From Gammaproteobacteria bacterium (GTDB lineage: Bacteria > Pseudomonadota > Gammaproteobacteria > S012-40): a DNA stretch of 31,550 bases. The position numbers were made by a program, and so were the translations under genes. Below the pieces are notes generated by a model. The model saw nothing but the letters and a program-made list of their open reading frames with translations, searched no databases and was not told the DNA's origin. Below, piece by piece: positions 12,867-20,293 of this stretch; positions within the stretch are counted from its first letter, which is position 1; each line of letters begins with the position of its first letter. Location of the stretch: assembly GCA_026982215.1 (NCBI GenBank), contig JALSHN010000036.1, positions 1-31,550 on the forward strand, written 5' to 3'.

Positions 12867-12870
12867 GGGG

Positions 12871-13641
12871 TCACTGTTCCTGGCTGAAGTAGAACGAGGT
12901 CCCGCCGTCGTTCTCCAGCCCGGCCACCGGTAATGCCCGGGCGGTGAGGGCCGGGTCATTCTGGCCCGGTTGAGCGCAAGGATCGTGGGCCGGATCGCTC
13001 TGGGCGCGGGGATTCTCCAGTACCTGGGTGAGGAAGCTACGGTCCACCGTCAGCTCCACCACGGTCTCGAAGGCGCCGTCTTCGGAGCGGGAGGTGGTCA
13101 TCACCCGGGCGCCGCGAATGAAGGTGTCGAGGAATACCCGATAGCGGTCCTTCTCTACTACCATGTCGCCGATGGTGGTGCCGCCCCAGATGCGCAGGCC
13201 GTTGACCCGCTCGGCCAGGCTGCGCAAGGCGTCCAGCTTGGCGGCACGCATGGCCATCAGCCGTTTCTGCGCGTCGGGGTAGTAATCCTTGGGGGGGGCG
13301 CCGTAACCGGTGACACTGATCTTGACCTGGTCGGCCTTACGCCCTCCGGGGGCGGCGAAGAAATAGCCCTGGCTCTCCAGACGCATCTTCGGAGTGCAGC
13401 GCGGGTCCTGGGCCTGAGCCGTGTGGTGCATGGGGGCAGGTGGTGCCGCCACCGGCAAAGGCTTGCCCGTGGGTTGGCGATCCTTTTCCTCCATCGAGGC
13501 GGTGGGGGACTGGAGTGTTTGGTCTCCCTCGGCGGCCGGTGGGGGGGTGAAGTTCCCCGGGGTGATGGTGAAATGGGTGCAGCCCGCCGCCAGCGACAGC
13601 ATCGCCGTGAGAACGGCCGGTTTCAAAACATGCCTTGCCAT
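12871..13641 (-). CDS. flgP: LPP20-family / FlgP-like lipoprotein (256 aa)
   Basis: Lipobox LAAG-C; core GYGAP...QKRLMAMRAAKLDALRSLAERVNG.RI.G.TT..DM......FIRGARV matches the FlgP/LPP20 pattern; GGAGAG ribosome-binding site before ATG 13641. Confidence 0.75.
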   Translation of the reverse strand: MARHVLKPAVLTAMLSLAAGCTHFTITPGNFTPPPAAEGDQTLQSPTASMEEKDRQPTGKPLPVAAPPAPMHHTAQAQDPRCTPKMRLESQGYFFAAPGGRKADQVKISVTGYGAPPKDYYPDAQKRLMAMRAAKLDALRSLAERVNGLRIWGGTTIGDMVVEKDRYRVFLDTFIRGARVMTTSRSEDGAFETVVELTVDRSFLTQVLENPRAQSDPAHDPCAQPGQNDPALTARALPVAGLENDGGTSFYFSQEQ

Positions 13642-13692
13642 GGTCTCTCTCCATGTCTGAGGAAAGGGAGGCCCAGGGGGCCGGTGCGTCGC

Positions 13693-13721
13693 TAGTCGGC
13701 AGCCGCGGCGACGCCCTTTAG
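13693..13721 (-). promoter_or_regulatory. sigma28 (FliA)-like promoter upstream of flgP-flgT: CTAAA-N16-GCCGACTA
   Basis: Close match to TAAA-N15-GCCGATAA, with a spacer one base longer and two mismatches in the -10 element; 51 nt before the flgP ATG. Confidence 0.4.
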
Positions 13722-13726
13722 CCCCG

Positions 13727-13742
13727 TGCAAGAGGGATGCCC
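13727..13742 (-). promoter_or_regulatory. sigma54-like -24/-12 motif toward flgP-flgT: GGGCATCCCTCTTGCA
   Basis: Exact GG-N10-GC spacing with GGCA and TTGCA cores. Confidence 0.4.
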
Positions 13743-13761
13743 ACAGTCGTGCGGCCGAGTC

Positions 13762-13777
13762 TGGTTCAAGTTTTGCC
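13762..13777 (+). promoter_or_regulatory. sigma54-like -24/-12 motif toward the vWA-like gene: TGGTTCAAGTTTTGCC
   Basis: TGG...TTTTGC with exact GG-N10-GC spacing, about 43 nt before ATG 13820; the -24 core is degenerate. Confidence 0.33.
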
Positions 13778-13819
13778 TCTGTTTCGTCGATGCGATCGAG
13801 GAAGCCGATGGAAGGACGC

Positions 13820-14641
13820 ATGATGGGTCGTTGGTTGAGAGTCACCGCCCTGCTGGTGGCGTTGGGGCTCCCCCTCGCCGCACCGGCCGGGGAAAGTTGC
13901 TATCGCGGGCTGCCGGTGCCCGCCGAGCCCCGGGTGGAGCGGGCGCTGTATGTGATGGTGGACCAGACCACGCCGCTGGACGAGGAGCTCAAGGCACGCG
14001 TGCGTGCCTTGGTGGCCGACTGGGGGCGGGAGGGGGACCACCTGGAACTGGCCCGGTTCTCGGCCAACATCCGCGGTTACTACCCCGAGCTGGTGTTCGA
14101 GGGCACGGTGGAGCGGGTCCCCGATGAGGCCTACCTATTCCAGTTGCGTTATGACGACAAACAACGTCTGCTGCGTTGTCTAGAATCGCAACGCGAGACG
14201 GTGCGCAACGGTTTCGCCGCCGGCCTGGAGACGGTGCTGGCGGGGATGGACTACAAGATTCCCAAGACCGATCTGTTCTACGCCCTGCACCTGTTGAGCG
14301 AGCGGATGATCGACAACGGAGAGGCCCCTGAACGGGTGGTGCTGCTGGTCACCGATGGCCTGGAGAATTCGGCGGTGACTTCCTTTTATCATCGTGGGCG
14401 GGTACGCAAGATCGATCCCCGCAGGGAGCTGGCCAAGGTACGCAAAGCCGGCCTGTTGGCCAACTGGAAGGGCTCCAGGATCTACGTCTACGGCCTGGGC
14501 CTGATGCCGGATGCCAAGGACTATCTGGATCCACGGCGGGTCATGCGCCTCAAGGCCTTTTGGGAGCGCTATTTCGTCGCTGGTAATGGCGAAGTGATGG
14601 AATTGGGGACCCCGGAATTCTTCCGCCGCCGACTGGAGTGA
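13820..14641 (+). CDS. Exported hypothetical protein with vWA-like (degenerate MIDAS) features, 273 aa
   Basis: Signal peptide (MMGRWLRVTALLVALGLPLAAPA); segments YVMVDQT, KTDLFYAL, VVLLVTDGLEN and IYVYGLG in vWA order; GAAGGA ribosome-binding site. Confidence 0.7.
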   Translation: MMGRWLRVTALLVALGLPLAAPAGESCYRGLPVPAEPRVERALYVMVDQTTPLDEELKARVRALVADWGREGDHLELARFSANIRGYYPELVFEGTVERVPDEAYLFQLRYDDKQRLLRCLESQRETVRNGFAAGLETVLAGMDYKIPKTDLFYALHLLSERMIDNGEAPERVVLLVTDGLENSAVTSFYHRGRVRKIDPRRELAKVRKAGLLANWKGSRIYVYGLGLMPDAKDYLDPRRVMRLKAFWERYFVAGNGEVMELGTPEFFRRRLE

Positions 14642-14658
14642 TCCGGTAAAATGGCCCC

Positions 14659-16812
14659 ATGGACGTCAATGATCTGCTCCAGGGGCTCAATCCCCAGCAA
14701 CGTGAGGCCGTCACCGCACCAGCGGGTAATCTGTTGGTGCTGGCCGGGGCCGGCAGCGGCAAGACCCGGGTGTTGGTACATCGCATCGCTTGGTTGATCC
14801 GGGTGAAGGGGGTCTCCCCCTTCGGTATCCTGGCAGTGACCTTCACCAACAAGGCCGCCGGTGAGATGCGCGGGCGCATCGAACGGCTGTTGGGGATGCC
14901 CGCCGGGGCGATGTGGGTGGGGACCTTCCATGGCATCGCCCATCGCCTGTTGCGGGCCCATTGGGCCGAGGCCGGCCTGCCGCAGAATTTCCAGATCCTG
15001 GACAGCGATGATCAGCAGCGGATCATCAAGCGGGTGATCCGCGAGTTGCAACTGGACGAGAGCCGCTGGCCGGCCCGCCAGGCCCAGTGGTTCATCAACC
15101 AGGCCAAGGACGAGGGCAAACGCCCTCAGGCCATGGCTAGCGACGACCCCACCCAGGCCCGTTGGATAGAGATCTACCACGCCTATCAAGCCGCCTGTGA
15201 GCAAGCCGGGCTGGTGGACTTCGCCGAGCTGCTGCTGCGGGCCCACGAGCTGTGGCGGGAGCACCCCGGGCTGTTGCAACACTATCAACGGCGTTTTCGC
15301 CATCTGTTGGTGGACGAGTTCCAGGACACCAACGCCATTCAGTATGCCTGGTTGCGGCAATTGGCCGGGGAGACGGGCCATGTGTTCATCGTCGGTGACG
15401 ACGACCAGTCCATCTATGGCTGGCGAGGGGCACGGGTGGACAACCTCCACCGTTTCCAGCGCGATTTCCGTGATTGCCGGCTGATCCGCCTGGAACAGAA
15501 CTACCGCTCCACCGGCCACATCCTCGCTGCTGCCAATGGTCTCATCCGCCACAACAGCGATCGCCTCGGTAAGGAGCTGTGGACCGAGGCCGGGGAGGGG
15601 GAACCGGTACAGATCTACACTGCCTTCAACGAGCTGGACGAGGCCCGCTTCGTGGTCCAGCGCATCCGTCAGTGGGTGGAGGAGGGCGGGGCCCGTTCGG
15701 AGTGTGCCGTACTCTACCGTTCCAACGCCCAGTCACGCACCTTGGAAGAGGCCCTGTTGGGGGCGGGGATCCCCTATCGGGTCTACGGCGGGTTGCGTTT
15801 CTTCGAGCGCGCCGAGATCAAGGACGCCCTGGCCTATCTGCGCCTGGCCGCCTATCGGGACGATGACGCTGCCTTCGAGCGGGTGGTCAACGTCCCCACC
15901 CGGGGCATCGGCGAGCGCAGCTTGCAGATCCTGCGTGACCTGGCCCGCGCGCAGGGTGGCAGCCTCCATCGCGCCGCCCGCCATGCCCTGGAGGTCGGGG
16001 CGTTGCAACGGCGGGCCGCCACCGCCCTGGCCGACTTCCTGGCCCTGATCGAACGCCTTGGCCGGGATATCCGCGAGATTCCCCTGAACGAGGCCCTCTC
16101 CCGGGTGGTGGAGGAGACCGGCCTCAAGGCCCATCACGGCAAGGAACGGGGGGAGCGGGGTCAGGCACGGGTGGAGAACCTGGAGGAACTGGTGGGAGCG
16201 GCGCGGGCCTTCGACCCCCAAGGGCCTGAGGCCGAGCTACCGCCCCTGGATGCCTTCCTGGCCCATGCCGCCCTGGAAGCCGGTGAACGCCAAGCCGGTC
16301 CTGGTGAGGACTGTGTGCAACTGATGACCCTGCACAGCGCCAAGGGCCTGGAATTCCCGCTGGTGTTCATCACCGGCCTCGAAGAGGGGCTGTTCCCCCA
16401 TGAGCTCTCCCTGGAGGAACCAGGGCGATTGGAAGAGGAGCGACGGTTGTGTTACGTGGGCATGACCCGGGCCCGGCGTCATCTGTACCTCTGTCATGCC
16501 GAGCGGCGCCGCCTCTATGGCCGTGACAGCTACGCCCTGCCCTCCCGTTTCCTGGAGGAGATCCCCGCCGAGCACAAGGAGCCGGTGCGGGCAGGCTTCC
16601 GGGTCACCCCCGCCGGAGGGCAGCCAACGGCATCCCCGACCGCCGACATCGGCCTGCGGGTGGGCCAGCGGGTGGTGCACCCCAGCTTCGGCGAGGGTAT
16701 CTTGGTGGATGTGGAGGGTAGTGGCCGCCATGCCCGGGTCCAGGTCAACTTCGAACAAGCCGGTCTCAAATGGCTGGTATTGGGCTATGCCAAGCTGGAC
16801 GTGGTAGCCTGA
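14659..16812 (+). CDS. uvrD: DNA helicase II
   Basis: Motifs LAGAGSGKT, LVDEFQDTN, VGDDDQSIYGWRGA, LEQNYRST, TLHSAKGLEF and EERRLCYVGMTRA; C-terminal RVVHPSFGEG Tudor-like domain. Confidence 0.96.
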   Translation: MDVNDLLQGLNPQQREAVTAPAGNLLVLAGAGSGKTRVLVHRIAWLIRVKGVSPFGILAVTFTNKAAGEMRGRIERLLGMPAGAMWVGTFHGIAHRLLRAHWAEAGLPQNFQILDSDDQQRIIKRVIRELQLDESRWPARQAQWFINQAKDEGKRPQAMASDDPTQARWIEIYHAYQAACEQAGLVDFAELLLRAHELWREHPGLLQHYQRRFRHLLVDEFQDTNAIQYAWLRQLAGETGHVFIVGDDDQSIYGWRGARVDNLHRFQRDFRDCRLIRLEQNYRSTGHILAAANGLIRHNSDRLGKELWTEAGEGEPVQIYTAFNELDEARFVVQRIRQWVEEGGARSECAVLYRSNAQSRTLEEALLGAGIPYRVYGGLRFFERAEIKDALAYLRLAAYRDDDAAFERVVNVPTRGIGERSLQILRDLARAQGGSLHRAARHALEVGALQRRAATALADFLALIERLGRDIREIPLNEALSRVVEETGLKAHHGKERGERGQARVENLEELVGAARAFDPQGPEAELPPLDAFLAHAALEAGERQAGPGEDCVQLMTLHSAKGLEFPLVFITGLEEGLFPHELSLEEPGRLEEERRLCYVGMTRARRHLYLCHAERRRLYGRDSYALPSRFLEEIPAEHKEPVRAGFRVTPAGGQPTASPTADIGLRVGQRVVHPSFGEGILVDVEGSGRHARVQVNFEQAGLKWLVLGYAKLDVVA

Positions 16813-16844
16813 AACAAAAATCACCCCAAAATGAGGATGAAGTC

Positions 16845-18134
16845 ATGAAAGGACGCCTGCTCGCCCTCGCCGCCTGGGTCATCACCGCCACCGTCCAGGC
16901 CGCCCCCTTCCAGACCATGGATCCACGCACCCTGGGGATGGGGGGCGCCGCGGTGGCCGGCGCCACTTCGGCAGCGGCGGCCTTCTACAACCCCGCCCTG
17001 CTGGCCAATGCCCGCAAGGAAGAGGACTTCGCCCTGGAGCTGCCGGTGGCGGCGGTGGAGATCAACGACCCCAGCGGGCTGCAGGACGAGATCCGTGCCT
17101 TCGACGACAACGACTACATCAGCAATTACGCCCAGGCCATCGCCGACTTCAATCAGGTCCTCTCGGACCCGGGGGCGACGCCGAGCCAGGTACTCGCCGC
17201 CCGCGATCGGGTGGTGAATTCGGGGTACGCCCTGCTCGATGGTCTCAATGCCTTGAGCGGCAAGCCCTTGCTCCTTCAGGCCAATGCCGCGGCGTTGCTG
17301 GGCATCCCCTCGCGGCGGTTCGCCGTCTCGTTGTATGCCAACGGCTGGGGCGGCGGCAGTGTGGCGGGCATCATGAGTCAGGCGGATTACCAGGCCGCCA
17401 AGAGCACGCTGGACGATGCCGCCGCGGTGGATCCCAACGATCCCGCCACCTGGATCTCCGCCGCCCTCACCGACCCCACCCCGGATTTCACCTCCGCCCT
17501 CCGCGGACGGTTCCTCCAGGTGAACGAGGTGGGGCTGGCACTGGCCCGGCGGTTGGAACTGTTCGGCGGCTTGGCGGTGGGGGTCACGCCCAAGTGGCAA
17601 CAGGTCACCGCCTATGAATTCAATTACGTGGCCAGTGCCCTGGATCAGGCCGAACTCGACCCCTTCCGCGACGGGCGCAGCTACGGCGACTTCAACCTGG
17701 ATGTGGGGCTGGCCCGCTCGCTCAATGAGCTGTGGCGGGTGGGGCTGTCGGTGAAAAACCTCCTGCCCCGCCGCTATGAGACCAACCTCGGCACCGCCAT
17801 CGAGCTCGATCCCCAGTGGCGTCTGGGGGTGGCCCGTGCCGGACGCTGGCTCAGTTGGACGGTGGACCTGGATCTGAGCGAGAACGCCCCCTACGCCCTG
17901 GGCGATCCCTCGCGGATGCTGGCCTTGGGCGGAGAATGGAACGCCTGGAACGTGATGCTGCTGCGTCTGGGTTATCGCACCGATCTGGCCGGCAGCCTGG
18001 GGGATATCCTCACCGCCGGGTTGGGCTTCAACCTCTTGGGGTTGCATGTGGAGGCGGGGGTCGGCGTGGGGACGGAGGACTTCCAGAGCTTCGACACCCT
18101 GGCCGCCTCCGCCCAGCTCGGTTTCCGTTTCTAG
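16845..18134 (+). CDS. Outer-membrane beta-barrel of the TraF_2 (conjugal transfer TraF-like) / FadL-like type, 429 aa
   Basis: Signal peptide ending VQA; DPRTLGMGGAAVA and FYNPALL plug-like N-terminus; alternating amphipathic strands; C-terminal QLGFRF ending in Phe. Confidence 0.72.
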   Translation: MKGRLLALAAWVITATVQAAPFQTMDPRTLGMGGAAVAGATSAAAAFYNPALLANARKEEDFALELPVAAVEINDPSGLQDEIRAFDDNDYISNYAQAIADFNQVLSDPGATPSQVLAARDRVVNSGYALLDGLNALSGKPLLLQANAAALLGIPSRRFAVSLYANGWGGGSVAGIMSQADYQAAKSTLDDAAAVDPNDPATWISAALTDPTPDFTSALRGRFLQVNEVGLALARRLELFGGLAVGVTPKWQQVTAYEFNYVASALDQAELDPFRDGRSYGDFNLDVGLARSLNELWRVGLSVKNLLPRRYETNLGTAIELDPQWRLGVARAGRWLSWTVDLDLSENAPYALGDPSRMLALGGEWNAWNVMLLRLGYRTDLAGSLGDILTAGLGFNLLGLHVEAGVGVGTEDFQSFDTLAASAQLGFRF

Positions 18135-18145
18135 GTCGCCCCGGG

Positions 18146-19135
18146 TCAGATCACCAGCACCAGCTTGCCCGCGCTGTGGCCCGCCTCCAGGCGGCGGTGG
18201 GCCTCGGCGGCCCAGGCCAGGGGATAGGTGTTGCTCACCTCGGGCCGCAGGCGGCCCTCGTCGACCAATTCCGCCCCCCGTCGCAGGATCTCCCCTTGGT
18301 GGGCCAGCGCCTCGTCCAGCTCGAACAATTGCGGACTCAGCATCAGCTCCAGGGCGATGCGCAGATTGCGCATCCGCGCCACCTTGAAGTCGGTGTCCGC
18401 GGCCGGCTGCAGCAGGGTCACCAGGTCACCGTAGAAGCGCACCAACGGGAAGGTGTCCACGAAGGTCTGGCCACCCACGGTGTCCAGGGCGATGTCCACC
18501 CCGGCCACGCTCCAGTCGCGCACCACCTGGGCCACGTCTTCTTCGCGATAATCCACTGCCCGGTCCGCCCCCAGCGACTCCACCAGGGCGCGTTTTTCCG
18601 CCCCGGTGACGGTGGTGATCACCCGGGCCCCCCGGGCCTTGGCCAGCTGGATGGCCACATGGCCCACGCCACCGGCGCCGCCGTGGATCAGCACCTTGTC
18701 GCCGGTGCACAGCCGCGCGCGGTCGAACAAGGATTCCCAGGCGGTGATCAGTACCAGCGGCAGGGCGGCGGCGGCGACGAAGTCCAGCGAACGGGGTTTG
18801 TGGGCCAGGCAGGACTCGGGCACCACGATGCGCTCGGCATAGCTGCCGGCCCGCTGACCCAGACCGCCGTAACACCAAAACACCTCGTCGCCCGGTTTGA
18901 CCCGGGAGACGGCGGGACCCACGGCCTCCACCACCCCGGCGCCGTCACAGCCCAGGATGGCCGGTGGCTCGCCCAGATAGAGGCCGCGGCTGCGCAATTT
19001 GGTATCCACCGGGTTGACGCTGGCGGCGCGCACCTGGATCAGCACTTGGTGGTCGGTCTCGATCCGGGGTTCGGGGAGCTCGCGCAGCGTCAGCACCTCC
19101 GGCCCGCCCGGCCGGGTCATGACGACGGCCTTCAT
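18146..19135 (-). CDS. Medium-chain dehydrogenase/reductase, quinone-oxidoreductase-like (probably zinc-free, NADPH-dependent)
   Basis: Motifs GGPEVL, ASVNPVD, LGCDGAGVV, TAWESL, HGGAGGVGH and AHRRLEAGH..GKLVL; catalytic zinc Cys/His ligands are absent. Confidence 0.88.
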   Translation of the reverse strand: MKAVVMTRPGGPEVLTLRELPEPRIETDHQVLIQVRAASVNPVDTKLRSRGLYLGEPPAILGCDGAGVVEAVGPAVSRVKPGDEVFWCYGGLGQRAGSYAERIVVPESCLAHKPRSLDFVAAAALPLVLITAWESLFDRARLCTGDKVLIHGGAGGVGHVAIQLAKARGARVITTVTGAEKRALVESLGADRAVDYREEDVAQVVRDWSVAGVDIALDTVGGQTFVDTFPLVRFYGDLVTLLQPAADTDFKVARMRNLRIALELMLSPQLFELDEALAHQGEILRRGAELVDEGRLRPEVSNTYPLAWAAEAHRRLEAGHSAGKLVLVI

Positions 19136-19222
19136 AGCAACCTCCTTTCCGTGGCGTTACCGTGACTCAGCGGCTTGGGATAGTATTGGGCGCCGTCAGG
19201 ACAAATCAACCGGGAGGGCGTG

Positions 19223-20293
19223 ATGAAACGGCGCGATTTCATCAAGGCGGCGGGGGCGGGGGGGCTGCTGGCCGCCGGGGCAGGTCAGGCGCAGGCGGCG
19301 CGGGGACGGCATCGCTGGAAGATGGTGACCACGTGGCCCAAGAATTTCCCCGGCCTGGGCACCGGGGCGGAGAAACTCGCCCGCCTAATCACCAATCTCA
19401 GCGGCGGGCGGATCCGGGTGCAGGTGTTTGGCGCCGGCGAACTGGTGCCGGCCTTCGAGGTGTTTGACGCCGTCTCCCGAGGTACCGCCGAGATGGGGCA
19501 CGGCGCGGCCTATTATTGGAAGGGCAAGAATCCGGCCTTCCAATTCTTTTCCACCGTGCCCTTCGGTCTCACCGCCCAGGAGATGAACGGCTGGCTGTTC
19601 CACGGCGGCGGTCTCAAGCTGTGGCGCGAGGCCTATGCCGATTTCGGCCTGGTGCCCTTTCCCGCCGGCAACACCGGGGTGCAGATGGCCGGCTGGTTCA
19701 ACAAGGAGATCAACAGCCTGGAGGACCTCAAGGGGTTGAAGATGCGCATTCCCGGCCTGGGGGGCGAGGTGTTGCAGCGAGCTGGTGGCACGCCGGTGAA
19801 CCTCCCCGGCGGTGAGCTGTTCACCGCCTTGAAGTCCGGGGCCATCGATGCCACCGAATGGGTGGGGCCCTACAACGACTTGGCCTTCGGGCTCTACAAG
19901 GCGGCCAAGTATTACTACTACCCCGGCTGGCATGAGCCAGGTACCACCTTGGAGTGCATCGTCAACAAAAAGGCCTTCGACGCCCTCACCCCCGATCTCA
20001 AGGCCATCGTCGCCATTGCCTGCCAGGCGGTGAACGAGGACATGCTGGCGGAGTATGCCACCCGTAACGGCGAGGCGCTGGAGAGTCTGGTGAACGAACA
20101 CCGGGTGCAGCTGCGTCGCCTGCCGGACGGGGTACTCGAACGCTTGGAGCGCCTTTCCGAGACCGTGGTGGCGGAGCTGGCCGAGCGTGATGCCTTCGCC
20201 CGGCGGGTGTTCGACTCCTACCGGGGCTTCCGCGGCAGGGCGACGCGGTGGACGGCGCTTTCCGAGGCGGCCTATCTCCAGGCACGCGGTTAG
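19223..20293 (+). CDS. dctP: TRAP transporter substrate-binding protein (DctP, TakP-like), with Tat signal
   Basis: Twin-arginine signal MKRRDFIK; motifs WKMVTTWP, GNTGVQMAGWF, LKMRIPGLGG, IDATEWVGP and YYYPGWHEP; GGGAGG ribosome-binding site. Confidence 0.9.
   Translation: MKRRDFIKAAGAGGLLAAGAGQAQAARGRHRWKMVTTWPKNFPGLGTGAEKLARLITNLSGGRIRVQVFGAGELVPAFEVFDAVSRGTAEMGHGAAYYWKGKNPAFQFFSTVPFGLTAQEMNGWLFHGGGLKLWREAYADFGLVPFPAGNTGVQMAGWFNKEINSLEDLKGLKMRIPGLGGEVLQRAGGTPVNLPGGELFTALKSGAIDATEWVGPYNDLAFGLYKAAKYYYYPGWHEPGTTLECIVNKKAFDALTPDLKAIVAIACQAVNEDMLAEYATRNGEALESLVNEHRVQLRRLPDGVLERLERLSETVVAELAERDAFARRVFDSYRGFRGRATRWTALSEAAYLQARG

Noticed and set aside
16845-18134. Conjugative element suggested by the TraF-like gene next to a UvrD helicase
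   Set aside because: No relaxase, type IV secretion genes, integrase, att-like repeats or compositional shift; the helicase looks like the housekeeping UvrD.
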